DNA of 64,000 nucleotides from a virus (taxonomy: Duplodnaviria; Caudoviricetes): the IMG/VR virus record IMGVR_UViG_3300036762_000188. One strand, given 5' to 3'. Every line of letters begins with the position of its first letter. Position 1 is the first letter of the stretch. Positions 44,356 to 54,459 of the stretch are shown piece after piece. The notes beneath the pieces were generated by a model. The model was not told the origin of the DNA and searched no databases. It saw only the letters and a program-made list of their open reading frames with translations. Both the position numbers and the translations under genes were made by a program.

Positions 44356-46116
44356 ATGAAAATTGCAGACTACGACAAAGATTATTTTGATATAATCCCG
44401 GAGTCCCCTTCGGAGCGAGGGTTGCTAGATAAGTTCCCCGCCTTTCTACGAGTTAAGCGTAGATTCCTCATGGCTAAGAAGCCTCACGTCATACGTAATA
44501 TTTTAGCTCGTCTAAAGTTAGTGTACAAGAAGCCTATCGCATCATATAAGGAGTTTAACGATATGTTAAGCTCTGAGGTAGAGCTTAAGGACTTACCAGA
44601 GGACTTCCCCTGGATAACCACTCCTCTTAGACATCAGGAGTTGGCACTTAAGTACTTATATACCCACGGTCACCTAGGATTACTGCTGTCACCGGGGCTA
44701 GGTAAGACCTACGTCATCTTGAATTATATCAAGCTAATGGGTTTTAAGCGGTCGCTAGTAGTATGCCCTAAGGCTCTGTGCTTCGTATGGGTAGACGAGG
44801 TGCGTAGACATAGGCCGGATTTAGATATACACGTCATGTCTTCTACCTCCTGGGAATCGCGTATAGAAGGTGCTAAGAAGAGACTGCTGAAGTGGAGCGG
44901 TGATGACGAGCGTTCAGTATCCAATCGCAGGATAGCAGAGAGAGATTTAGAGAGGTTTCCTAAGCTTAGAGACGCTGAGTACGCACGAGTAGAAGAGGCT
45001 GATATAGTAGTTATAAACTACGAGAAGGTTGCGCCTGGTATGGATTATCTTAGTACCGTCGACTTCGATATGATAGCCGTAGATGAGGGCCTTATTAAAG
45101 ACACTAGCACTCAACGTACTAAGGCCATCACTAAGCTATCTACCGCTATACCGTCTAGAATAGTTATGTCTGGTACTCTTATAAACAACGGCCCTTTAGA
45201 TGTATACGCCCCTATAAGATTCATGGAGCCCTCACTAGTAGGTACGGGGTACGCTAGATTCGAGTCGTATTACGCCCGGTATTCGTCAGGCAGACAGAAG
45301 TTTGTAGTAGGCATGGCGCCTAATAGCGTACAGGTGATAAAGGGTATACTAGAGTCATGCTCTATAGTAATGACTAAAGATTGGCTAGATCTTCCAGGTA
45401 AGACTTTCTTACCTAAATACGTGGATATGACGGAGGAGCAGAACCACTACTACCATGAACTACGTCGTAATTATATCACAGAGATAGGCGGGGGTTATGT
45501 AGAGGCTACCAATCCTCTTACGGTCGCAGGTAAGTTACATCAGATATGCAACGGGTTTATATACAGTGATAGTACTATACCTATACCTACGAATAAAGGT
45601 GCAGTACTAAAGGAGCTAATAGATGAGCTATCCGATAGGAAGGTTATTATATGGTATAACTACGAGGCTGAACTATCCATAATCAAAGAAGTTCTGGGAG
45701 ATACTCCCTATAAAGTCATTAAGGGAGGTAATAAAGACACGGGCGCTGATGTGCATGAATTCAACGATAGTCCCACCCTTAAAGTACTGGTATGTCAAGC
45801 ACAGGCGGTCAACTACGGTATAACAGTATTAGGTAGTGACCCTGAGAGCCTCGAGAGTGATATCCAGGTATTACCAGATTTTGACACTAGATGTTATACC
45901 CAGATATTCTGGAGTCTATCATATTCATTAGAGCGCTTCCTCCAGCAGCAGGATCGTATACACCGCATAGGTCAGGTCATGGAATGCGAGTATTATATAC
46001 TCATGACCAGGGATTCTATAGAGGAGTATATCTGGGGATGTCTGGCGGATAAGAAGGATATAAGTGATACTATACTGGAAGACATAATGTATAGAATTAC
46101 ATTGCAGGACCTATAA
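44356..46116 (+). CDS. SNF2-family (SF2) helicase
   Basis: LRHQ, GLGKT, LVVCP, INYE, VDEG, MSGT..N, QQQDRIHRIGQ. Confidence 0.9.
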   Translation: MKIADYDKDYFDIIPESPSERGLLDKFPAFLRVKRRFLMAKKPHVIRNILARLKLVYKKPIASYKEFNDMLSSEVELKDLPEDFPWITTPLRHQELALKYLYTHGHLGLLLSPGLGKTYVILNYIKLMGFKRSLVVCPKALCFVWVDEVRRHRPDLDIHVMSSTSWESRIEGAKKRLLKWSGDDERSVSNRRIAERDLERFPKLRDAEYARVEEADIVVINYEKVAPGMDYLSTVDFDMIAVDEGLIKDTSTQRTKAITKLSTAIPSRIVMSGTLINNGPLDVYAPIRFMEPSLVGTGYARFESYYARYSSGRQKFVVGMAPNSVQVIKGILESCSIVMTKDWLDLPGKTFLPKYVDMTEEQNHYYHELRRNYITEIGGGYVEATNPLTVAGKLHQICNGFIYSDSTIPIPTNKGAVLKELIDELSDRKVIIWYNYEAELSIIKEVLGDTPYKVIKGGNKDTGADVHEFNDSPTLKVLVCQAQAVNYGITVLGSDPESLESDIQVLPDFDTRCYTQIFWSLSYSLERFLQQQDRIHRIGQVMECEYYILMTRDSIEEYIWGCLADKKDISDTILEDIMYRITLQDL

Positions 46117-46117
46117 A

Positions 46118-46128
46118 TGTTATAAGTA
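46118..46128 (+). promoter_or_regulatory. Class A promoter motif
   Basis: TGTTATAAGTACTTTAGT, same as the copies at 33127 and 55381. Confidence 0.65.
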
Positions 46129-46156
46129 CTTTAGTCAGATTATTAATGGTGACAGT

Positions 46157-46534
46157 ATGAATAACATGCAAATCATCCGCGATCTATACTGTGACATCAG
46201 TGATCGCGGGGTGGAAGCTGCAGTGGTCTCTGCAGACACCGTAGGCCTGCTCCCCACCGTAAGCGATATACTAGAGGAACTGTCGGTCTGCACATCCTTC
46301 AAGGACGTGCAGATGATATGCTGCGTACTGCGCTCACTACTAGCAGGGCAGGATGACTCTATAAAGAATAGATGGTTGTACAATCACCTCCTAGTAGATG
46401 CTATAAGTGTACTCCGAGAAGGTGATCCTGTTAAGGCTAAGAAACTAGCCGGTAGCTGCCCTTCAGAATTAGTGGACGAAGTATCTGTATGGGCTAATGT
46501 ATGTAAGCTTGGAGATAAGGTATGTACAGGATAA
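46157..46534 (+). CDS. Hypothetical protein
   Basis: 125-aa ORF. Confidence 0.65.
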   Translation: MNNMQIIRDLYCDISDRGVEAAVVSADTVGLLPTVSDILEELSVCTSFKDVQMICCVLRSLLAGQDDSIKNRWLYNHLLVDAISVLREGDPVKAKKLAGSCPSELVDEVSVWANVCKLGDKVCTG

Positions 46535-46899
46535 TAAAGAAGTTCGCAGAGGGTTGGCTAGAAATAGCCGACAGTGAGCACGCTCTTGTAAAAGAGATGG
46601 ATTTGGTAGAGGAACTTGGTTATTTGAATGACCTGAAAGAGTTCATGCACTACACCCGCGGTAGCGGTCTAGTGTCTCTGCTCAAGGACAATCCAGAAGC
46701 CCAGGAGGATAAGGCTCTATGGCGTAAGTACTTTGCTAGACGTTCTAAGTATCTTATAGATACTCAAGAGGCTGCTAATGCCCGGAGAATAGCTATTATG
46801 CGTGCCGGTGGTACGGCAGCCCAGATGGAACACACAGAAGTAGCAGGAGTCGTAGAGATGGTCCATATGATGGGTAATCTAGACTCCTATTTGAAATAG
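46522..46899 (+). CDS. Hypothetical protein
   Basis: 125-aa ORF, coupled to the previous gene. Confidence 0.65.
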   Translation: MYRIIKKFAEGWLEIADSEHALVKEMDLVEELGYLNDLKEFMHYTRGSGLVSLLKDNPEAQEDKALWRKYFARRSKYLIDTQEAANARRIAIMRAGGTAAQMEHTEVAGVVEMVHMMGNLDSYLK

Positions 46900-46946
46900 C
46901 CAGCACCCTGGCCACCCTACTACGGACAGGAGTCCTGCGTAGGCCT

Positions 46947-46970
46947 GCCCGTATTAATACGGGCTTTTTT
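46947..46970 (+). terminator. Intrinsic terminator
   Basis: GCCCGTAT/ATACGGGC stem plus T6. Confidence 0.7.
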
Positions 46971-47012
46971 ATCAGAGGTACATATGTGGGATTGGGATGA
47001 GTTTCCTAATGG

Positions 47013-47783
47013 TTAGCATAGTATTTCAGCTAATCGCTTTATAGAATCCTCTTTCATAGCTTTCAGTGCAGCCTTACTAGTATCCGGATACATATCCTGC
47101 AGCTGTGAGTAAGATAGTCTTTTACCCTCTCTAGTCAATCCATGTAGCGACAAAATCATATCCGCATCATCACCGTATTCAGAATCTATAGCGGAGTAGA
47201 GATCATTAACTAAAAGTTCATATTCTAGAGTTTTCATACCTTCCATGGTAGGCATCTCATCCTCCCCTACACTGTCCATGTAGAAGGTTAAGAATGCAGT
47301 ACCATTAAGTTCCCTCAAGTCTTTTTCACTACAGTCAGGTAACTGTTCCTTTAATTCATCCATCGATAATGATTGAGAGCTCTCATCTTTTAGACGTTTA
47401 ATCTTAACTGACAGTTGCTGCTTCTGAGTAGGTAGACTAACTAGTCTGAACTCAGACATCTGCTTCATCTGTCTTTGATATACCCACCAACCGGCGTAAG
47501 TCAGGAATCTCATACCTGACTTATGATCGAACTTCTCAAGCCCGACGACTAATCCTTCATTACCAGCAGAGATAAGCTCGATGAACTGCTCTGTGTCACC
47601 TTTAGATAGTAGCTTAGCTCTCTTGAACACGAAACGCATGTTACTGGATATAAGTCTGTGCTTAGCACTTTTTTTAGCTGACTCGCTATCACTCTCGAAA
47701 TACGTAGTGAGTAATTCTAATTCCTCAGCCGCGGTAAGTATAGGGAACTTGCATATGTCTGCGTAGTAGTTGCTTAAATTCAT
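47013..47783 (-). CDS. Sigma70-family RNA polymerase sigma factor (regions 1.2-4)
   Basis: Region 1.2 YYADICKFPILTAAEELEL; region 2 LISSNMRFV, LISAGNEGL..LEKFD..GMRFLTYAGWWV; true start is probably ATG 47783. Confidence 0.88.
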   Translation of the reverse strand: MNLSNYYADICKFPILTAAEELELLTTYFESDSESAKKSAKHRLISSNMRFVFKRAKLLSKGDTEQFIELISAGNEGLVVGLEKFDHKSGMRFLTYAGWWVYQRQMKQMSEFRLVSLPTQKQQLSVKIKRLKDESSQSLSMDELKEQLPDCSEKDLRELNGTAFLTFYMDSVGEDEMPTMEGMKTLEYELLVNDLYSAIDSEYGDDADMILSLHGLTREGKRLSYSQLQDMYPDTSKAALKAMKEDSIKRLAEILC

Positions 47784-47824
47784 AGTGAATCCGTAGTTAA
47801 TATCTATTGACTTAAGTATCACAT

Positions 47825-47831
47825 TAAAATA
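47825..47831 (+). promoter_or_regulatory. Class B-like motif TAAAATA on the plus strand
   Basis: About 31 nt upstream of ATG 47863. Confidence 0.4.
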
Positions 47832-47862
47832 TGATAATATCAAGTACCTATTGGAGATTATT

Positions 47863-48042
47863 ATGATAAAGGTAGAGTTAACTAAGTTAGACGGTGTAAT
47901 GCGTTTAGAGTTCACTAGTAATAAACCGGATGATCGCGATCTATTAGATACCATCGGTAACCTAATACTATGCAGTAACCCTAAGAGAGGTAGTTATGAA
48001 GGTGACGTTATGATGGTGGACATTAAAAATGGAAAAGTCTAG
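47863..48042 (+). CDS. Small hypothetical protein
   Basis: GGAG RBS before ATG 47863. Confidence 0.55.
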   Translation: MIKVELTKLDGVMRLEFTSNKPDDRDLLDTIGNLILCSNPKRGSYEGDVMMVDIKNGKV

Positions 48043-48163
48043 TAACCCCGTTCTTACCCCTGCAGAAATTGAAATGATTAACGCCGGTGTACTTCCCAAA
48101 CGCTTCGAAGGGTGGTATACTATACAAGAATTAAAAGCGCTACCCCCTGGTAAAACTTTTTAG
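48029..48163 (+). CDS. Small hypothetical protein (44 aa)
   Basis: MEKSSNPVLTPAEIEMINAG...; overlaps the previous gene; not in the ORF track. Confidence 0.45.
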   Translation: MEKSSNPVLTPAEIEMINAGVLPKRFEGWYTIQELKALPPGKTF

Positions 48164-48171
48164 GTTCTTGC

Positions 48172-48181
48172 GGTATAACTA
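48172..48181 (+). promoter_or_regulatory. Class A promoter motif
   Basis: GGTATAACTA upstream of the SSB gene. Confidence 0.55.
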
Positions 48182-48220
48182 AGATGGTGAGGACCACCGA
48201 TAATTTCAATGGAGCAATAA

Positions 48221-48856
48221 ATGGAATTCGATTATTCAGTAGTAAATGGCGAAGTTAAATTCAATTCGTATGAGCGTGTCACTACACCATTAGGAGAGGC
48301 GGAGTGGGCCCATCTGGTAGAGCCTGATACTAAGTTTAATGTGGAGGGTGATTATAAAGTAAATATCATCTTAAAGGGTGATGATGCCTTATCCCTACGT
48401 GCAGTGATCGATAACGCCCATGAAGAGGCTTTCAAGATCTACTCAGAAGCTGCTGCGACTAACACTAAAGCTGGTAAACGTCCTCGTGCGGTTAAGAAGA
48501 GTGACATCGTCCCTTACGAAGAGTTAGAAGACGGTATCATGTTTAAGCTTAAGCGTAAGGCAGGCTATACTAACGATATCGGTGAGCGTATCGATTTCGA
48601 TGTACCGCTATATAACAGTATCGGTAAGAAGTATAGCGATGAAGATCGTGCGGCATTGAAGATCGGTAATGGATCTACTATCCGTGCAATGTTCGATATC
48701 CTACCTTATAATATGGCTACTTCCGGTGTAGGTATCTCCCTTCGCCTGGTAAACGCACAGCTTAAGAACATCGTAGAGTATGAGTCTGCGTCTCCATACG
48801 ATTCAGTTGATGACGAATACGTAGAAGAAGCGGAAGACAATACGTACACTGTATAA
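48221..48856 (+). CDS. Single-stranded DNA-binding protein, T7 gp2.5-like
   Basis: TTPLGEAEWAHLVEPDTKF, IGNGS, GISLRL..Q and acidic tail. Confidence 0.85.
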   Translation: MEFDYSVVNGEVKFNSYERVTTPLGEAEWAHLVEPDTKFNVEGDYKVNIILKGDDALSLRAVIDNAHEEAFKIYSEAAATNTKAGKRPRAVKKSDIVPYEELEDGIMFKLKRKAGYTNDIGERIDFDVPLYNSIGKKYSDEDRAALKIGNGSTIRAMFDILPYNMATSGVGISLRLVNAQLKNIVEYESASPYDSVDDEYVEEAEDNTYTV

Positions 48857-48860
48857 TTAC

Positions 48861-48887
48861 AGCGGGCCTAGTGCCCGCTATTTTTTT
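48861..48887 (+). terminator. Intrinsic terminator
   Basis: AGCGGGC/GCCCGCT stem plus T7. Confidence 0.8.
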
Positions 48888-48902
48888 GCCCAAGGAAGAA
48901 GC

Positions 48903-49061
48903 ATGACCACTAATGAGTTATTAGTAAAAGGCTACAAGGATGGAGTCGACCCTTTAAGTATTCTACTGGTAGTGGAAGTTCTACGTGCTCTGGGTTCAGA
49001 TCCTGTAGAATTACTGAAGGATATCCCATTATCATACCTAGGAGCAGGCTATGTTAGATGA
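48903..49061 (+). CDS. Small hypothetical protein (52 aa)
   Basis: AAGGA RBS; MTTNELLVKGYKDG...; not in the ORF track. Confidence 0.5.
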   Translation: MTTNELLVKGYKDGVDPLSILLVVEVLRALGSDPVELLKDIPLSYLGAGYVR

Positions 49062-49899
49062 TGTAACGTGGTCGCTGTCTAAGCTTAAGATGCTAGAGAA
49101 GTGTCCTTTACAGTATTATCTCAAGTATATTGTACGCTTAGACGGTACAGAGGGGGATACTCTAGAGAGAGATCTAGGTACGTTGGTACACTACGTGTTT
49201 GAGCGTATGTACTCTGGATGTAGTATCGACCAGGCGGTACAAGAAGCTTTAGATAAATATGGCGATAGTATACCGGTAGAGAATCTCCACAGGGTACACG
49301 ATATGATACCTAACGTACGTCGCTTTGATTACATGATGCACGAGATGGACGCAGGTAAGGTAGACTTGGTTATACCAGAGCGAGAGGTGGCTATAGATCG
49401 CGAGTTCAACCCTGTAAGCTTCAATGATCCTAATGCATATTTCAGGGGTATTATAGATTTTAGTTGGAGAGCAGGGCCTAACGCTTTACTGCTGGATTTT
49501 AAGAAAGGGGGAGGTGCGTTCCTCACTAAGTATCATACTCCACAGTTAGCATCCTACATTTTGCTAGAGTACTGTACGTCACCTTTCCAAGAGGCTTCGT
49601 CTTACATTTACTATGTAGAGGCCGGTCAGCTATCCAAAGGACCTACGTTAAATGCAGAGGGTATAGAGAGGCATACCAGGGGTTGGTTAGTAAATAAGAT
49701 TGAAGACGCGAAAAATGCCGTCAAGGACGCCGGTATATTCATGCACAAGAGAGGTAGTCATTGCAAGTATTGTAATTACTCAACTCTATGCGGTAAGGGC
49801 AGAGGATGCGGAGACCTAACCACTTACGAACAGCAGTCCAGGAGTATTTATGATGAAAGTGTACAGGGGCAACCGGGATTATTACTTATTGGATCCTAG
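49051..49899 (+). CDS. PD-(D/E)xK exonuclease, RecB/Cas4-like with Fe-S cysteines
   Basis: SLSKL..KCP, GTLVH, RGIID, LDFKKG, QLASY, CKYC..LC. Confidence 0.85.
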   Translation: MLDDVTWSLSKLKMLEKCPLQYYLKYIVRLDGTEGDTLERDLGTLVHYVFERMYSGCSIDQAVQEALDKYGDSIPVENLHRVHDMIPNVRRFDYMMHEMDAGKVDLVIPEREVAIDREFNPVSFNDPNAYFRGIIDFSWRAGPNALLLDFKKGGGAFLTKYHTPQLASYILLEYCTSPFQEASSYIYYVEAGQLSKGPTLNAEGIERHTRGWLVNKIEDAKNAVKDAGIFMHKRGSHCKYCNYSTLCGKGRGCGDLTTYEQQSRSIYDESVQGQPGLLLIGS

Positions 49900-50413
49900 G
49901 TTTAAAGATGTATCGGCATATGAAGAATCACGACTATCACTAACGCGGATATTTTCAGAGCTAGCCAAGGATAATATATATAATATTAGAGTCCGTGTCC
50001 AGGGAGGGCGTGATGAGCTTGTAAATAAGGGGGGTATCCAGCAGTTAGTCAACAGGCATCATACGCGTGTAATAGATAGTCGGTCGAATACTCCCCTTAA
50101 CCGAATTTTAAGCAGAGCGTTTAGAAAAAACTCAAGCTCGGGAATAGAGTTATGGGGATGCCTTAGCAGACCTGTACTACTAGACAGTAGTGGTGCAATT
50201 GTTGATAAATGGGTTAAAGTACCCTCTGCCTTAAACAACCACAACCTCTCCATGATAAGATCTAATCATAAAGAGAGGGTGACTGGTATGGTGGTGGAAG
50301 GGGCTATAATGTACTGTGATAATAAGAAAGTACTTAATTATAACGGTTGTATATCCAAGCTAACCTTAGTGGCAAGCCTAGATATTATAAGGATATTTTA
50401 TGAGCATGATTAA
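49850..50413 (+). CDS. Hypothetical protein
   Basis: 187-aa ORF. Confidence 0.6.
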   Translation: MMKVYRGNRDYYLLDPRFKDVSAYEESRLSLTRIFSELAKDNIYNIRVRVQGGRDELVNKGGIQQLVNRHHTRVIDSRSNTPLNRILSRAFRKNSSSGIELWGCLSRPVLLDSSGAIVDKWVKVPSALNNHNLSMIRSNHKERVTGMVVEGAIMYCDNKKVLNYNGCISKLTLVASLDIIRIFYEHD

Positions 50414-51053
50414 ACTGGCCATGGTTACTACTGGCGATTGGGTTGCTAGGATAATAACTGCAGGAGAACCTGGCATAGGTCTAAGGGATGAATCTAACAC
50501 CCATAAATGTTTAAAGATAGGCAGGAGTGACGGTTTAGCTCATAGGCACTTCGTGTATACTAAAGACCGAGGTCTTCATGGAGGTATATATGGTCGTCCC
50601 GCATCTACACGTGCTACTAGTACTGTAGATATGCTAAAGCATGGCCTGGATGTTAAAGGTATTATCAATCCAGGTATGATCTTGAGTGGACCTCCAAGAT
50701 TTGTTTTTTATAAAGACCTTACCTGTACTACTAGTATATTAGGATGGTACTTTGAAGTCCCGAGGGGTGCCTATCGTGCACTGAATATGCGTGTTGGTGA
50801 GGATAGACGATTGACCTTTAATGAAGAGGCTGCTACGTATGCATCAGGGAGTGTTGATATGCTATTCACACAGCATGTGGACATGGAAGAGCCTACTATA
50901 GTACGTAGTGTAACTGAGATGTTAGTTAATGATGAGTCTGTAGGCTTAGCTACCGTATTACCTGCCGGTATTAGTAAGTTATCAGTACGCCTAGGTCCCT
51001 CCATCGGATTGACTCTAGAAGATGGTAAAGGTGACTCGGGGATTATTATATGA
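50400..51053 (+). CDS. Hypothetical protein
   Basis: 217-aa ORF. Confidence 0.6.
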   Translation: MSMIKLAMVTTGDWVARIITAGEPGIGLRDESNTHKCLKIGRSDGLAHRHFVYTKDRGLHGGIYGRPASTRATSTVDMLKHGLDVKGIINPGMILSGPPRFVFYKDLTCTTSILGWYFEVPRGAYRALNMRVGEDRRLTFNEEAATYASGSVDMLFTQHVDMEEPTIVRSVTEMLVNDESVGLATVLPAGISKLSVRLGPSIGLTLEDGKGDSGIII

Positions 51054-51472
51054 AAGCTGCTGTAGATGGATGTTGTAAAGGTAATCCAGGCCCCGGAGGA
51101 TGGGGCATAGCCTTAGAAGATGGTAACACTTACTTCGGCGGGGAGTCCGCCACTACTAATAACCGTATGGAACTGGAAGCGTTCCTAAATCTCATGATTC
51201 TTATACAAAATGGATTAGAGATAGATGAAATATTCATAGACAGTAAATACGTTATGCAAGGGTTCTCTGATTGGTCTCCTGTATGGGCGCGTAAAGGCTG
51301 GGTTACTAGTCAGAAAACTCCGGTATTAAATGTGAGCCTATGGAGGCGTATACATGATCTAAGAAGCGTACTCGATGGCGTAACGTTGACGTGGGTTAAA
51401 GGGCATTCAGGGCACTCACTGAACGAGGCAGCAGATGCTGCGGCCAATAAGGGTGCCTTAGAATACTTATAG
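51050..51472 (+). CDS. rnhA: Ribonuclease HI
   Basis: DGCCKGNPGPGGWG, TTNNRMEL, DSKYV, WVKGHSG..NEAAD. Confidence 0.95.
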   Translation: MKAAVDGCCKGNPGPGGWGIALEDGNTYFGGESATTNNRMELEAFLNLMILIQNGLEIDEIFIDSKYVMQGFSDWSPVWARKGWVTSQKTPVLNVSLWRRIHDLRSVLDGVTLTWVKGHSGHSLNEAADAAANKGALEYL

Positions 51473-51479
51473 GATATGT

Positions 51480-54257
51480 ATGGACAATATAAGCTTACTT
51501 AAGAATAACATAAGCATTGAAGACGTGGTTGCTAAGTATGTAGGTCCTGTAGTAGTAAGGGGTGGTGGTATGGCCCTAGAGGATGATGCATGCCCCTTCC
51601 ACGGTGGCAGCGGTAGTTTTTCTATAAATACCAGAGATGGATATGCCAAATGTTTCGGAGGCACCTGTCCGTCTGAAGGTAAGAACCTAGATATAATAGG
51701 ATTCGTACAGGAACTCCGCGGAGTGAGTTGCAAAAATGCCATAGGTATATTAGCTAAGGACTTTGGAGTGACTTTACAGTCACTCAGCAAGAAGGCCCAG
51801 GTGTTATATGCAGCTTATCATTATTATCGAGATATAATGCAGAAATGTCTTGATGATATGGATATACTAGGCGGAAGGACGCCTATGCAGTACCAGCTAG
51901 AAGTGAGGCATCATCTCGAGTCTACCGTTACCGGGCTACAGATAGGATGGGCCGATGGGGCGTTACACCGTCATTTAGAATCAGAGGGATTCTCTAGTGT
52001 CGAGATGTTAGAGGCGGGGGTAGTGTTCGAGAACGAGGATGGTACTATACGTGATATGGTGCCTAATGACTCTTTCGTGTACCCTCACTTCTGGGAAGGT
52101 AAGGTAAGCCGGCTGTCCTTTAAGTGTCTCCGTACTAACCGTAAGACAGGCGCTCCTCTGGCCTGGCAGATGCGTAAAGAGCATATGCAGAACGGCGTCA
52201 CCTTCTATAGGCATGGGGAGGGGCAACCTACCGCGGTGGTAGAAGGTGAGAACGACCTGGCCACCTTAGTAGATCTAGGATGGAACGGGACTATCCTATG
52301 TACTATAGGTCAGTTATCCAGAGATCAAGTCAAATGGATGTGTGATAATCCAGGTGAATATCATACGTTCTTTGATAATGATGATGGTGGGGAGAAGTAT
52401 AGGGATACTATATGGAAAGCTGTATTGACCGGACATCTTACCGCATCTCAGTACGTAGTGCCCGAGGTTAAGGATATAGATGACTATGTGAAAGGCGGCG
52501 GTAGTATAGACCTACTAGCTCCTATAGAGCCTCCTAGACGTGAAGACGTGGTGGAGACTAGTGTAGCATCAACTCAGGACATAACGGTCCAGGACGGCTG
52601 CTACGCTATCACTAAGGTCACTCCTGATGGTAAGGAGGTGCTTCATATTCTAAGTAACTTCCTAATACAGCTGATGTACGTCAAGGTGGCCAACGACGAG
52701 CGTTCACGTATGATTCGCATCGTGCGTAATGACGGAGTCAGATCCGAGCCTGTAGTAGTAAACTCCGAGGCTAAAGTATCCCTTAGACACTTCAAGATCC
52801 TGATAGCAAACGCTATAGACGCTAAGTTTAAGGGTAGTGAAGGAGACCTGGCTGACATATGGGACTACGTTTACTCTAGGCAGAAAGAAGCCGTGGTAGA
52901 AGTACCTCCGTACGTAGGCTGCACTGAGAGGGGAGGTTGGCTATTCTCTAATCAGTATGTAGGACCGGAGGGTGATATCGTAGGCGACGCAGATAATATA
53001 ATGTGGTTCAACGAGACTAAGTCCCGCGGTATAGCACCTAAGAGTCTGCTGACCCAGTTATCCTCAGTGAATCAGGCGGGTGATATACCTGACGTGTATG
53101 AAGGGGAGGATACCATGGAATTGTTAGAGGGTGTAGTAACCAGCCTGGCTACCATATTCAAAGATCCCGGCCCTGCCTTGTTATATCTAGGGTGGTTAGA
53201 GAGCTGTGCGTATTCCATGGACATGTTCCATAAGGCTAACATAGGATACTTCCCGTTCATGCTTCTATGGGGGCGCCATGGTAAAGGTAAGTCTACAGTA
53301 GTAGGGTGGGGTATGGCGCTATATGATATGGCAGATAAAGGCGTCACTACGGTAGGTCAGATAAAGTCAGGAGTGGGTATTGAGCGTAAGCTAGCTTACT
53401 ATAGAGGCTTGCCTTTCTGTATCGATGAGTTACGTGCAGATAAACAGGCTCAGGAGTTCTACGGTACATGGCGCGGTTGGTATAACCGCACTACACGAGT
53501 TAAAGGTACCCGTAGCGGAGAGAGTGCTATCACAGTACCGTTTAACGCGTGCCTAATGTTCTCCGGCCAGGACATCTTCACTGACGCCGCTATGCGCTCT
53601 CGTAGTATCCCTATAAAATTCCCTCAAAATGCAGGTGATGCAAAAGCTTTTGTGTGGATGCAGGATCACGTAGACTACTTCCCTGAGATCGGGTACATGT
53701 GGATCAAGGAGGCTATGAAGACTAAGGCTAGAGATATCAAGGAGGCTATCTCTGAAGTGTCAGCCGATCTCGCAGTTAGATGTCCAGGGATACCTAACCG
53801 TACTATAAACAATTATGCCATACCGCTATTATTCGCTAAACGTATGAGGGATCAGTTCTACCCTGATTATGACCTAGACGGATACATAGAGAATGAGATA
53901 TCCGGTGAATTCGTAGAGGCCTCTGAGAGCGATACGGTAAATCAACTGTGGGAGATTATATCAGGCCTGCAGTCGGGTGATAGACCTATGTTAGACAGCA
54001 CGCATATACGAGTCAAGGATAGTAACGTGTGTGTATGGATGGCAGAGGTATTCCGTATAGTAGAGAATTCTAATAGGGGTAAGGAATGGTTCTCTAAGAC
54101 AGCTATTAAGCATGCACTTAGGGAGGAGCCTTACTACGTAGGGGAGTCCTTAGAGCGCCTGCACAACGTTCAGCGACGCTGTATGGTATTCCGTATGGAT
54201 GGCGCTCCCGAGAACCTGTTAGCTATAGCCGAGGCTTCAGTGCAGTCTTATGGGTAA
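51480..54257 (+). CDS. DNA primase-helicase (CHC2 zinc finger, TOPRIM, C-terminal P-loop ATPase)
   Basis: CPFH...CFG..C, VEGEND, FDNDDGG, KDIDD, Walker A GRHGKGKST, Walker B FCIDE. Confidence 0.88.
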   Translation: MDNISLLKNNISIEDVVAKYVGPVVVRGGGMALEDDACPFHGGSGSFSINTRDGYAKCFGGTCPSEGKNLDIIGFVQELRGVSCKNAIGILAKDFGVTLQSLSKKAQVLYAAYHYYRDIMQKCLDDMDILGGRTPMQYQLEVRHHLESTVTGLQIGWADGALHRHLESEGFSSVEMLEAGVVFENEDGTIRDMVPNDSFVYPHFWEGKVSRLSFKCLRTNRKTGAPLAWQMRKEHMQNGVTFYRHGEGQPTAVVEGENDLATLVDLGWNGTILCTIGQLSRDQVKWMCDNPGEYHTFFDNDDGGEKYRDTIWKAVLTGHLTASQYVVPEVKDIDDYVKGGGSIDLLAPIEPPRREDVVETSVASTQDITVQDGCYAITKVTPDGKEVLHILSNFLIQLMYVKVANDERSRMIRIVRNDGVRSEPVVVNSEAKVSLRHFKILIANAIDAKFKGSEGDLADIWDYVYSRQKEAVVEVPPYVGCTERGGWLFSNQYVGPEGDIVGDADNIMWFNETKSRGIAPKSLLTQLSSVNQAGDIPDVYEGEDTMELLEGVVTSLATIFKDPGPALLYLGWLESCAYSMDMFHKANIGYFPFMLLWGRHGKGKSTVVGWGMALYDMADKGVTTVGQIKSGVGIERKLAYYRGLPFCIDELRADKQAQEFYGTWRGWYNRTTRVKGTRSGESAITVPFNACLMFSGQDIFTDAAMRSRSIPIKFPQNAGDAKAFVWMQDHVDYFPEIGYMWIKEAMKTKARDIKEAISEVSADLAVRCPGIPNRTINNYAIPLLFAKRMRDQFYPDYDLDGYIENEISGEFVEASESDTVNQLWEIISGLQSGDRPMLDSTHIRVKDSNVCVWMAEVFRIVENSNRGKEWFSKTAIKHALREEPYYVGESLERLHNVQRRCMVFRMDGAPENLLAIAEASVQSYG

Positions 54258-54459
54258 TATGTACGTTAGTGAGATAGAAGTTTACGCGAGGAAGGATGAG
54301 ATTTTAGGAAGCATAGATAGGAATGATGCCCCTAGAATTCTGCGCAATATGATCAGTGAAGGTTTGAACTCAGGTGAATTCCTGCCTGAGTTCAGACGTA
54401 GGTCCTTAATAACCGCGGCAGCGGCCTTACTAGTATTAATGGAGTTAGAATGCAAGTAG
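54250..54459 (+). CDS. Hypothetical protein
   Basis: 69-aa coupled ORF. Confidence 0.55.
   Translation: MGNMYVSEIEVYARKDEILGSIDRNDAPRILRNMISEGLNSGEFLPEFRRRSLITAAAALLVLMELECK

Noticed and set aside
46900-47012. Hairpin-rich intergenic stretch as tRNA or ncRNA
   Set aside because: No cloverleaf or T-loop consensus; explained by terminator hairpins between convergent genes. No tRNA or rRNA was recognised anywhere in the window.
47784-47954. N-terminal extension of the sigma ORF in the track
   Set aside because: It overlaps the divergent gene and AT-rich intergenic DNA; sigma similarity starts at ATG 47783.
49051-49899. Cas4-like nuclease as evidence of a CRISPR-Cas system
   Set aside because: No cas1/cas2 or array is present; solo Cas4/RecB-like nucleases next to SSB are common phage recombination genes.
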